Counted from the first letter of the stretch, positions 47,531 to 55,999 are shown. The stretch is DNA of 64,000 nucleotides from Clostridiales bacterium DTU089 (GCA_001513045.1 LFSB01000010.1:33900-97899); one strand, 5' to 3'. The notes: a model not told the origin generated them from the sequence alone. Made by a program: numbers and translations.

Positions 47531-48268
47531 ATGGAAGGCGTAAGATTTCTTCTTTGCGGAGACTGTGCGCTTACCGTAGAATTCGGTAACGAAATAAGCA
47601 GCGAAATCAACAGCCGTGTCAAATGGCTGTTTGATTCGCTGTGCCGTAAGCCGGTGAAGGGCGTGAGAGAATGTGTCCCGACCTTTCGCTCGCTTGCGGT
47701 TTATTATGACCCGTGTGTAATCTCCTTTGACAAGCTCGAAAGAAAAATAAAAAAACGCCTTGACGGTATGAGCGATACGGCTGCTCAAAGCGCAAGGGTA
47801 ATAAAAATCCCCGTGTGCTATTGCGAGCAGTTCGGTGAGGATTTGGCGTTTGTTGCAAAGCATGCCGGAATGAGTACGGATGAGGTAATAAGGCTGCATT
47901 CCGGTACGGATTACCTTATATATATGTTGGGCTTTCTGCCCGGCTTTGCATATCTCGGCGGACTTGACAAACGGCTTGTCACACCCCGGCTCGAAAGCCC
48001 CAGAACGCTGATACCTCAAGGAAGCGTCGGAATCGGAGGAGAACAGACGGGCATATATCCCATTGCCTCACCCGGAGGCTGGCAGCTTATAGGCAGAACT
48101 CCGGTTAGACCGTATGATGCAAAAAGACAGCCCCCCATACTTTACAATGCGGGGGATTATATCCGTTTTGTCCCGATAAGCCTTGAGGAATATTCTCGCA
48201 TAGAGGCTCTTGTGAAAAACGGGGAATATGAATGCGAATGGGAAGAGCTGCGGGGGGAATGCGTATGA
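47531..48268 (+). CDS. pxpB: 5-oxoprolinase subunit PxpB (KipI/allophanate hydrolase subunit 1 family)
   Basis: FLLCGDCALTVEFG... and GFLPGFAYLGGLD blocks. Confidence 0.85.
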   Translation: MEGVRFLLCGDCALTVEFGNEISSEINSRVKWLFDSLCRKPVKGVRECVPTFRSLAVYYDPCVISFDKLERKIKKRLDGMSDTAAQSARVIKIPVCYCEQFGEDLAFVAKHAGMSTDEVIRLHSGTDYLIYMLGFLPGFAYLGGLDKRLVTPRLESPRTLIPQGSVGIGGEQTGIYPIASPGGWQLIGRTPVRPYDAKRQPPILYNAGDYIRFVPISLEEYSRIEALVKNGEYECEWEELRGECV

Positions 48269-49212
48269 GTATGAAAATCACATTTCCGGGCGCGCTTACA
48301 ACGGTTCAGGACCTCGGAAGGTTCGGCAGTATGCGCTTCGGCTTTCCCGCTTCCGGAGCGATGGATACGGACTCTGCGCGCATCGCGAACCTGCTCGCTG
48401 ATAATGACGAGCGGGAGGCTGTGCTTGAGATGACCATGCTCGGCATAAAGGCAAGCTTCGATTCGGATTGTGTAATTGTTCTCACCGGTGCGGATATGAC
48501 TCCCGAAATAAACGGAGAGCCGATACCGATGTATGCCGCACTTGAGGTCAGGGCTGGAGATATCCTCGCGCTTTCCGCGGCAAAAAGCGGCTTGCGTTGT
48601 TATATGGCGGTTTCGGGCGGCTTTGATATCCCTTCTGTCATGGGCAGCTTTTCCACAAACCTGAAGTGTGCCGTCGGAGGCTTTAACGGCAGAGCGCTTA
48701 AAGCCGGTGATGTTCTGGATTTCAGAACACAGCAGGACACCTTGTTCGGGATTTCCGCAAGACGTCTTGAGGAGGATGAAATTCCTCGGCATGACGAATT
48801 TATACGTGTTGTGTTGGGCCCTCAGGACGATTATTTCACCGACGAGGGTGTGAGCACCTTCCTTTCACAGGTGTATACACTTTCAAACGCGTCCGACCGT
48901 ATGGGTGTGAGGCTTGAGGGCGAGAGTATACAGGCGAAGGCAAAATCCGACATAATATCGGACGGCATCGCTCTCGGCAGCGTACAGATTCCCGCGTCGG
49001 GCAAGCCTATAATCATGATGGCGGACAGGCAGACAACGGGAGGCTATGCAAAAATCGCCACCGTTATATCCGCCGATATTCCCTCCCTCGCTCAAAAGAA
49101 GCCGGGAGATTCAATCCGTTTTAAGGCTGTAGATATAAAACAGGCTCAAAAAATATACATAGCACACGAGCGTTGGTTCAGGAATTTCGCCGTGTCGCTT
49201 ATGAGGAGCTAA
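48265..49212 (+). CDS. pxpC: 5-oxoprolinase subunit PxpC (KipA/allophanate hydrolase subunit 2 family)
   Basis: GALTTVQDLGRFG... and the QTTGGYAKIATVISADIP block. ATGA overlap with pxpB. Confidence 0.85.
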   Translation: MSMKITFPGALTTVQDLGRFGSMRFGFPASGAMDTDSARIANLLADNDEREAVLEMTMLGIKASFDSDCVIVLTGADMTPEINGEPIPMYAALEVRAGDILALSAAKSGLRCYMAVSGGFDIPSVMGSFSTNLKCAVGGFNGRALKAGDVLDFRTQQDTLFGISARRLEEDEIPRHDEFIRVVLGPQDDYFTDEGVSTFLSQVYTLSNASDRMGVRLEGESIQAKAKSDIISDGIALGSVQIPASGKPIIMMADRQTTGGYAKIATVISADIPSLAQKKPGDSIRFKAVDIKQAQKIYIAHERWFRNFAVSLMRS

Positions 49213-49260
49213 GGCTTTCAAACATCAAATTTGCGCCTCTGCGAAAGGATGGGTCATAAT

Positions 49261-50046
49261 ATGGATTATTCAAACATGAAGCCGTGCGATGTGCGCGCGC
49301 TTATAAGAAAAGGCAAAATAACGCATCAGACCTCCGGAATGTGTAACGGCTACGCACAGGCAAACCTTGTCATACTTCCGCGTGAGCTCGCTTATGAGTT
49401 TTTGCTGTTTACACAGCGCAATCCCAAGTCATGCCCGGTGCTTGAGGTTTCGGATGTCGGAAGCCGTGAGCTTAAATACATAGCAAAAAACGCAGACATT
49501 GCCAGAGATATTCCCAAATACCGCGTATATGAAAACGGCGTATTGACCGGAGAATATGACAGCGTGGAGCACCTTTGGCGCGATGATTTTGTCAGCTTTC
49601 TCATCGGCTGCAGCTTTTCCTTTGAGGGCGCGCTGCTTGAGGCGGGAGTGCCTGTAAGACATATAGAAGAGGGCTGCAATGTTCCGATGTATCTCACAAA
49701 TATCGACTGCGAGGAGGCGGGACGCTTCCACGGAAAAATGGTGGTGAGTATGCGCCCGATACCGTATTCGCAGATTGTTACCGCTACTACGGTGACCGCG
49801 GCTGTACCGAGAGTTCACGGCTCGCCCATACACATAGGTGACCCGTCCGTCATCGGCATAAAGGATATAAACAAACCCGATTTCGGTGATGCCGTAACCA
49901 TAAACAAGGGTGAGGTTCCGGTGTTCTGGTGCTGCGGAGTCACGCCGCAGTCGGTTGTTATGAGCGTGAAGCCCCCCATAGCCATAACACACGCACCCGG
50001 ACACATGTTCATAACGGATATTACCAATGTATCCTTGAGAGTTTAA
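49261..50046 (+). CDS. DUF1445 putative hydro-lyase (YcsI-like; D-glutamate-cyclase C-domain-like)
   Basis: VRALIRKGKITHQTSGMCNGYAQANLVILP and the PVLEV block are typical of UPF0317/DUF1445. Confidence 0.78.
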   Translation: MDYSNMKPCDVRALIRKGKITHQTSGMCNGYAQANLVILPRELAYEFLLFTQRNPKSCPVLEVSDVGSRELKYIAKNADIARDIPKYRVYENGVLTGEYDSVEHLWRDDFVSFLIGCSFSFEGALLEAGVPVRHIEEGCNVPMYLTNIDCEEAGRFHGKMVVSMRPIPYSQIVTATTVTAAVPRVHGSPIHIGDPSVIGIKDINKPDFGDAVTINKGEVPVFWCCGVTPQSVVMSVKPPIAITHAPGHMFITDITNVSLRV

Positions 50047-50071
50047 ATTTTGTGAGGGACGGCGATACATA

Positions 50072-50836
50072 ATGTATAAGATTGACCTTAACTGCGACCT
50101 CGGCGAAAGCTTCGGCGCATATAAAATCGGACTTGATGATAAAATACTTCCCTTTATTTCGTCGGCGAATGTCGCTTGCGGCTTTCATGCGTCCGACCCC
50201 GTTGTGATGAGCAAAACCGTTGCTGATGCCGCAAGAGCCGGTGCCGGAGTCGGTGCTCATCCGGGCTTCCCCGATCTTATGGGCTTCGGAAGAAGAAATA
50301 TGGTCGTTTCTCCTGCCGAGGCAAAGGCGTATGTGACATATCAGATAGGCGCTCTTGATGGGTTCTGCCGTGCTAACGGTGTAAAGCTTCAGCATGTCAA
50401 GCCGCACGGTGCGCTCTATAATATGGCTGCAAAGGACCGCGCGCTTGCCGACGCAATATGTGAGGCAGTTTACGAATACGACAGTTCGCTTATACTTTTG
50501 GCTCTTTCCGGCAGCAAGATGCTTGAGGCTGCGGCGGAAAAGGGCGTGGCGTGCGCAAGCGAGGTGTTTGCGGACCGCGCTTATGAGGAGGACGGCTCTC
50601 TCGTTGCAAGAAGCAAGCCCGGAGCCGTAATAACCGACGAGGAACAGGCGGTCAGCCGCGTGGTGCGCATGGTTACACAGGGCAAGGTCACGGCAATATC
50701 CGGAAAAGATGTGCCGATAAAGGCGGACTCCGTGTGCGTACACGGCGACAACGAAAAGGCGCTCGCCTTTGTTATGAAAATCCGCGAAAAGCTTGAACAA
50801 AGCGGCGTTGAAATATTGCTCCTGAGGGAGATGTAA
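50072..50836 (+). CDS. pxpA: 5-oxoprolinase subunit PxpA (LamB/YcsF family)
   Basis: IDLNCDLGESFGAYKIG...SSANVACGFHASDP signature. Confidence 0.9.
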   Translation: MYKIDLNCDLGESFGAYKIGLDDKILPFISSANVACGFHASDPVVMSKTVADAARAGAGVGAHPGFPDLMGFGRRNMVVSPAEAKAYVTYQIGALDGFCRANGVKLQHVKPHGALYNMAAKDRALADAICEAVYEYDSSLILLALSGSKMLEAAAEKGVACASEVFADRAYEEDGSLVARSKPGAVITDEEQAVSRVVRMVTQGKVTAISGKDVPIKADSVCVHGDNEKALAFVMKIREKLEQSGVEILLLREM

Positions 50837-50840
50837 AATT

Positions 50841-52001
50841 ATGTCCGAATACACAAGAACCTATGCGGAAATCAACAAGGACGCGATACTTCACAATTTT
50901 TACGCTCTGAGGGCAAGAGTGCCAGAGGGCGTAAAGGCAGTGGCTGTGATAAAGGCGGATGCCTACGGTCACGGCGCACTCAAGACCGCACAGCTGCTTG
51001 AAGGTAAGACTGATTATTTTGCCGTCGCAACCTTTGATGAGGCACTTGAGCTTCGCAAGGGCTTAATAAGCACACCTATACTTATTTTATCCTACACCTC
51101 TCCGCTGTTGTATGATAAGCTGATTGAAAATTCAATCACACAGACAATATTCACACTTGAGGATGCAAAGCAGCTTTCAGCTGCCGCGGTAATGCTCGGT
51201 AAAACTGCCAAGCTTCATATTTCACTCGATACCGGAATGAGTAGGATTGGCTTCAGACCCGATGCCGCAAGCGCACAGATTGTGCTTGAAATTTCAAAGC
51301 TTCCCAATGTCTTTGTTGAGGGAATATTCACTCATTACGCATGTGCGGATTGTGCGGGCAAGGAAGCGGTTACCGCTTCGCAGACGGCAAAGTTCAAGAC
51401 GTTCTGCGGTATGCTTTCCGAGCTCGGTGTTAATATCCCGATTAAGCATATATGCAACAGCGCGGGAATAATCGAGCTTGACGAGTTTTTTGATATGGTG
51501 CGTATGGGTGTTTCACTGTACGGACTCTATCCCTCGGACGAGGTCAACAAGACGGCAGTCGAGCTCAAGCCGGCAATGCGCCTGATAAGCCATGTAATAT
51601 ATGTCAAGGAAATCGAAGCAGGTACGGGTGTGAGCTACGGACACATCTATACCGCGCAGAAAAAAACCAGAATAGCAACCGTGTGCGTCGGCTATGCGGA
51701 CGGTTATCCGCGCGCCCTTTCATCCAAAGGACATGTGATAATAAACGGCTGCTTTGCTCCGGTTGTGGGCAAGGTGTGCATGGATCAGATTATGCTTGAC
51801 GTCACGGATATTCCGGACGTAAAGGTCGGCGACCGCGTTATCCTTATGGGAGAGGAGTCCGGGAAATGTATCACCGCCCAGGAGATAGGCGAGATGAGCA
51901 TGAGCTTCAATTATGAGGTCGTATGCGGAATTTCACGGCGTGTCCCGAGGGTGTATGTCGCCGAAAATCAACCGCAGGAAACGGTTTCATATCTTCTGTA
52001 A
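50841..52001 (+). CDS. alr: Alanine racemase
   Basis: AVIKADAYGHGA PLP-lysine motif. 386 aa. Confidence 0.9.
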   Translation: MSEYTRTYAEINKDAILHNFYALRARVPEGVKAVAVIKADAYGHGALKTAQLLEGKTDYFAVATFDEALELRKGLISTPILILSYTSPLLYDKLIENSITQTIFTLEDAKQLSAAAVMLGKTAKLHISLDTGMSRIGFRPDAASAQIVLEISKLPNVFVEGIFTHYACADCAGKEAVTASQTAKFKTFCGMLSELGVNIPIKHICNSAGIIELDEFFDMVRMGVSLYGLYPSDEVNKTAVELKPAMRLISHVIYVKEIEAGTGVSYGHIYTAQKKTRIATVCVGYADGYPRALSSKGHVIINGCFAPVVGKVCMDQIMLDVTDIPDVKVGDRVILMGEESGKCITAQEIGEMSMSFNYEVVCGISRRVPRVYVAENQPQETVSYLL

Positions 52002-52020
52002 TATATAACGGATATAACGG

Positions 52021-52053
52021 AAAAAGCGCCGCCCGAAAGGGTGGCGCTTTTTT
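52021..52053. terminator. Intrinsic terminator after alr (left edge of AT-rich island)
   Basis: A5, GCGCCGCCC-GAAA-GGGTGGCGC, T6. Confidence 0.75.
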
Positions 52054-52123
52054 AGTTGTTAAGTGTTATTTGATAAGTTTTTTTACTCTATGTAAGGGAG
52101 AGGTTTATGACAGGCGAATCAGC

Positions 52124-52957
52124 TTACAATTTTTTGTTTATGTTGTGACGTTGGACCGCGCCGACTACCGCGGCTTTGTTTGCATCTCGCCTCGCTTTTT
52201 CGGCAATATCGTTTTGCTCTTCAAGTAAGGATGCTTGCGTGGCTGCAAGCTGATTTGCCCTTTGCTGTTGCTCATTTAAAAGTCTTTGTTCTTCCAAGCG
52301 CTGTTCATCAATTTTCCTTTGTTCATTTCTGTCATACAAATCAATTGCCTGTTTTATATCATAATTGGAAGTGGAAATCATATCATATATATACTCTATT
52401 GCCGAAATATTGCGATATTGAACAGGCAGAATTTTTGTTGAATTATAGCAATCACACAGCTTTTTTTCAGCATCGCTTAATTCGTTTGATACAACAGTGA
52501 TTTCTTCTTCCCGTTTCTTTGTCCAAGCCTCCAAATCGTGATTGTACTGCGGTATTATGACGTTATTGTATTCATTGACGTTATTTTTATATTCAAGGTC
52601 TAAAGCTGCTTGTCTTTCAGCGACCCTTTTATCTATAGCTTGACACTGGGACTTGTATGCATCGGAATTTTTTATTGCTTCAATATCAGCTTCCTTGTCT
52701 TTTTTGTAAATCACAAAATAATATATAAAAAACCAGGGCAAGAAAAGCAAAGACGGCAACAAGGCTAAAGGCCAATTAAATTTAATCTCTGATTTTATTT
52801 CGGGATAATCAATGCTTATAGTTCCCCTTACCGGTTCATCCGGTTCTTTTCTGAATCTTTGATTTTTTAAGCGGGATAACGTTTTAGATTTGTCTTTTAT
52901 GAACAATTCCAAATCAAGAACATTTTTCAGGGTTTCAATTTCATTAATATTTTCCAT
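52124..52957 (-). CDS. Hypothetical coiled-coil protein with one or two central TM segments
   Basis: GAGGAG SD 6 nt before the ATG at 52957 (MENINEIETL...). Hydrophobic WPLALLPSLLFLPWFFIYYFVIY, followed by a long Q/E/R-rich helical tail. Confidence 0.55.
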   Translation of the reverse strand: MENINEIETLKNVLDLELFIKDKSKTLSRLKNQRFRKEPDEPVRGTISIDYPEIKSEIKFNWPLALLPSLLFLPWFFIYYFVIYKKDKEADIEAIKNSDAYKSQCQAIDKRVAERQAALDLEYKNNVNEYNNVIIPQYNHDLEAWTKKREEEITVVSNELSDAEKKLCDCYNSTKILPVQYRNISAIEYIYDMISTSNYDIKQAIDLYDRNEQRKIDEQRLEEQRLLNEQQQRANQLAATQASLLEEQNDIAEKARRDANKAAVVGAVQRHNINKKL

Positions 52958-53120
52958 TTTGTTCTCCTCACCCAACATTAATTTTCGCAAATATCAACAA
53001 ACAAAAAAGTTAATATTTACACGACAAGTATATCACCATTTACTCGTTGCGTCAACTATATTCTCGTTTTTTTGCGCATACAACCCTTTATTAACTTAAA
53101 ATGTACATGAGGTGATTTGT

Positions 53121-53435
53121 TTGAGCTTTAGCGATAAGTTGCGTTCCCTTATTGAGGAAAGAAATATAACACAAAAACAGTTGGCAATGGATTTAAATAT
53201 TGCGCCCTCAACAATCGGCGGCTATGTTCAGGGAAGCAGTGAGCCGGATTTTGAAACACTGAAACGGTTGGCAAAATATTTTAATGTAAGCACCGATTAT
53301 TTGTTAAACATTCACTTGACGAACAGCGACAGTTTGAAAGAGGACGAATTACTGCGGGTTTTCCGTTCTATGACGGCAGAACAACAAAATATTTTTATCG
53401 AGCAAGGGAAGGTTTTGATAAAATACAAAAAATAA
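53121..53435 (+). CDS. XRE-family HTH transcriptional regulator
   Basis: LRSLIEERNITQKQLAMDLNIAPSTIGGYVQG is an HTH_3 domain. The TTG start at 53121 is favoured by a GAGGTG SD. Divergent from the coiled-coil gene. Confidence 0.75.
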   Translation: MSFSDKLRSLIEERNITQKQLAMDLNIAPSTIGGYVQGSSEPDFETLKRLAKYFNVSTDYLLNIHLTNSDSLKEDELLRVFRSMTAEQQNIFIEQGKVLIKYKK

Positions 53436-53557
53436 ATTATTTTATAAAATTAATTAGAGTATATTATTGCGCTTTTGACATCTGCAGAAAAAACTTCAAA
53501 TATTATTCCGGAGCGCGGTGCACGGAGCGTATTTTAAGCGCACATCGGCTTTTTCAT

Positions 53558-53592
53558 GAAAAAGACCTTATTCCTAAGAATAAGGTCTTTTT
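53558..53592. terminator. Bidirectional intrinsic terminator
   Basis: AAGACCTTATTC-CTAA-GAATAAGGTCTT flanked by an A-run and a T-run. Confidence 0.75.
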
Positions 53593-53749
53593 ATGCCTTG
53601 CGTGAGGAAAAGAGATGTCCGGAAATAATCATACAAATCAGTGCCTGACGGTGAGCTGCCGCAGGTAATCGGGGCTTTAATTGTTGGTGATTTTAAATGC
53701 ACTGCTGACCGAAAACGTCGTGACAAATCAAAATTGACCGATTTGGAAT

Positions 53750-54421
53750 TTATTCAAATGATTTCTCCAGCAATTCACTGTATTCCTGTGGGATGCAATA
53801 ACACCACACTGTATATGGTTTGGATGAACCGTCGGCATTGTGCTGCTCATCAGATATTTCTGTTGTAATACACCATTTATCATTAACGATTCCCATGTAG
53901 CCTGCAAAGTAGGTTCCTACGGGACAGCCGTTATAACCGATATATAAATCCCGCATTTTTTGATTGTCTTGTATGCTGTATATGGCTTCCGTTTCGTATT
54001 CAAAATCAGAAACTGCGTTTTCGAGAATTTTTGATACAGCATTGATGAATTCGGTATTTTTTATCTCATTTCCTCCCCAGAATACAGTTGTTATTTCACC
54101 GGAAACAGGAACAGTATAATCTGATTTCACAAATAACTCCTGATCCAGAAAGCTGCGTGCAACAATAAATGTGTTGCTGCTGTCCTCTTTCACTGCATTT
54201 ATATGCCAGCCGTCCTTTGTCTTTGCTATCGTTTTCCATTCTGTGTATTTGCCGTAACACGACACGTACATTGTGTCATTCCAATATATGCCGCCGTCCC
54301 TTTTTTCGGCTGTATGGTCAAAAACAATCAGCCCTTTTGTGATTAAAAAGCACAAAATAACGCCGATTACTGCCGTAACAATAACAGAAAAGCAAAGGAT
54401 TTTTCTTTTGGCAGTAAACAT
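53750..54421 (-). CDS. Hypothetical N-terminally anchored extracytoplasmic protein
   Basis: 223 aa with a GGGAGG SD and a TM anchor (ILCFSVIVTAVIGVILCFLI). No motif recognised. Confidence 0.55.
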   Translation of the reverse strand: MFTAKRKILCFSVIVTAVIGVILCFLITKGLIVFDHTAEKRDGGIYWNDTMYVSCYGKYTEWKTIAKTKDGWHINAVKEDSSNTFIVARSFLDQELFVKSDYTVPVSGEITTVFWGGNEIKNTEFINAVSKILENAVSDFEYETEAIYSIQDNQKMRDLYIGYNGCPVGTYFAGYMGIVNDKWCITTEISDEQHNADGSSKPYTVWCYCIPQEYSELLEKSFE

Positions 54422-54553
54422 GCTTCAACGCCTCCCGTAAACTTCTGATTTGCTCTCAGGAAAACCGAAAATTTGGCGGCGTGTCGCCGCTGACAATTCG
54501 GGCAGACAGACTGTTTTTAGAATAACCATTCCGCCCGGCCGAAAAAAGAATAA

Positions 54554-54588
54554 ACAAACCGGAATTTGTGCGCTTACGCGCAAATGAA
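54554..54588 (+). repeat. Short hairpin repeat H (copy 2)
   Basis: ACAAACCGGAATTTGTGCGC is identical to 8961-8980. An imperfect hairpin lies just 3' of the GNAT stop. Confidence 0.65.
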
Positions 54589-54591
54589 TAA

Positions 54592-55026
54592 TCAACAATA
54601 AATCGTTTTGCTCATATGGTCTGAATCATCATAAACATATCCGTGTCCTGAGTAAAAAAATCTTGATTCAAAATATGTTTCTTTCTCGCCAAGATGCAAT
54701 TTAATAATTTCGCATTGACGCATTTTTGCAAAATTTTCTGCTGTTTTAAGCAACTCAGATCCAATTCCTTGTCTTTTCATATTGTGTTTTACATACAGCC
54801 TATGCAAAACAGCAGAGTTGTTTTCTATATTACAACCGATAGATCCTATTACTCTATCATTTTCATCAATGGCAATCCAAAACATATCGCCTTTATTGAA
54901 ATAATATTCATCAATATCCAATAAATCAGGGTTTAATGTCGGTATTCTTTTCAAAGCATTTTTAGCCTCTAAAACCATAAAAATCAAATCATCTCTGTAT
55001 TTCGGAGTAAATTTTATGATTTTCAT
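54592..55026 (-). CDS. GNAT-family N-acetyltransferase
   Basis: Acetyl-CoA motif A (LYVKHNMKRQGIGSELL). Start at 55026 (MKIIKF). Confidence 0.8.
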   Translation of the reverse strand: MKIIKFTPKYRDDLIFMVLEAKNALKRIPTLNPDLLDIDEYYFNKGDMFWIAIDENDRVIGSIGCNIENNSAVLHRLYVKHNMKRQGIGSELLKTAENFAKMRQCEIIKLHLGEKETYFESRFFYSGHGYVYDDSDHMSKTIYC

Positions 55027-55255
55027 TGTGTCACCCCACATAATATAACTATTAGGAGTTGCTTTCAATTTATAGCAAAGACGGTCTCGTTGCTACAAAT
55101 TCCGATTTGCCGAGTTGTTTTTAAAGTTATTCTATCATGTCTTTGCGACTATTTCAACCTCGTGTCCCTGTTTTGGTAAGTCTGAATCTTTTTTAAAGCA
55201 GAAAACGAAGAACGGATGAAGACGGGATTCGCCATAATGGGCGACTTCATTTTAG

Positions 55256-55312
55256 TGTCAGTAGGGGGATATGAACCCGAAGCCGATTTTTGGGGTGGAT
55301 TCGTACCCTCAC
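55256..55312 (+). repeat. Direct repeat DR1 flanking element C
   Basis: TGTCAGT..GGATATGAACCCGAAGCCGATTTTTGGGGTGGATTCGTACCCTCAC, about 88% identical by eye to 55490-55549. Confidence 0.8.
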
Positions 55313-55322
55313 AAAGGAACGA

Positions 55323-55455
55323 ATGAAATATTGCTGTCGCAATATGAAATAATCCTTGCGGATTATGAAATTTCCTGCTTTCGCAGAAAGTGAAATAAAA
55401 TTTGCCCCTTATGTGCCGCAGCATATTTTACTTGCCCGCGTGGCAAATTTCATTG
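55323..55455 (+). repeat. Heptamer-hairpin structured element, divergent copy C
   Basis: (A/G)TGAAAT at 55323, 55344, 55365 and 55390, separated by hairpins ATTGC-TGTC-GCAAT and AATCC-TTGC-GGATT (same loops as copy B). Long-range helix AAATTTGCC/GGCAAATTT. Confidence 0.75.
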
Positions 55456-55488
55456 AAAAAACCGCCTTGCAAAGCAAGACGGTTTTTT
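55456..55488. terminator. Bidirectional intrinsic terminator of element C
   Basis: Same CCGCCTTGC-AAA-GCAAGACGG hairpin as at 9187-9207, flanked by A6 and T6. Confidence 0.7.
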
Positions 55489-55489
55489 C

Positions 55490-55549
55490 TGGCAGTGTAA
55501 GTGGATATGAACCCGAAGCCAATTTTTTTGGGTGGATTCGTACCCTCAC
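55490..55549 (+). repeat. Direct repeat DR2 flanking element C
   Basis: Second copy of DR1. It occupies the position that a tRNA occupies next to copies A and B. Confidence 0.8.
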
Positions 55550-55588
55550 GGCGATAGGGTTAACATAATCCACACGGCGGAAATGAAG

Positions 55589-55999
55589 TTAACACATAAC
55601 CGGTTTCCACGCAAAGGGCAATAAATCACTTGCTTTTACTTTTATCAATTCGCCGTATTCATCATTTACAATGACTTTTATATCGGGACAATATTCAAAT
55701 AACATTTGACGGCAATTCCCGCAAGGTGAAATTACACAATTAAGATGTTTCTCATGGACAGCGACAATGGTGTCAAAATCTCTTTCGCCTGCCGAAATAG
55801 CAATACCCATTGTTATGTATTCCGCACAAGAACCATGGATACCGTCACAATTTACTCCTTTATAAACATGCCCGTTGCGACATAGTAATGCGCATCCGAC
55901 TGTATGATTATATATACCATCATCAAAATTCTGTTCTAATATATTTAGGCCTTCCTTTATTAGTTCCCTGTCTTTTTCGGTTATTGTATATTTCTCCAC
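55589..55999 (-). CDS. Small cytidine-deaminase-fold protein, blasticidin-S deaminase (Bsr/BSD)-like
   Basis: Zn ligands (H/C)AE (GSCAEY) and PCGNC. The FDTIVAV block and overall length of 136 aa resemble Bsr as I remember it. GTG start with GAGGAG SD. Confidence 0.75.
   Translation of the reverse strand: MEKYTITEKDRELIKEGLNILEQNFDDGIYNHTVGCALLCRNGHVYKGVNCDGIHGSCAEYITMGIAISAGERDFDTIVAVHEKHLNCVISPCGNCRQMLFEYCPDIKVIVNDEYGELIKVKASDLLPFAWKPVMC

Noticed and set aside
47519-50854. Minus-strand ORFs (166, 211, 213, 277 aa) across pxpB, pxpC, DUF1445 and pxpA
   Set aside because: They are antisense shadows of well-supported plus-strand genes. They are Arg/Cys/His-rich with no recognisable motifs.
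55490-55549. Direct repeat after element C considered as a tRNA or tRNA pseudogene, because it occupies the tRNA position and its reverse complement ends in GCCA
   Set aside because: I could not form an acceptor stem or a T-arm on either strand. GTGGA does not pair with the expected partner, and the upstream copy DR1 lacks the CCA.
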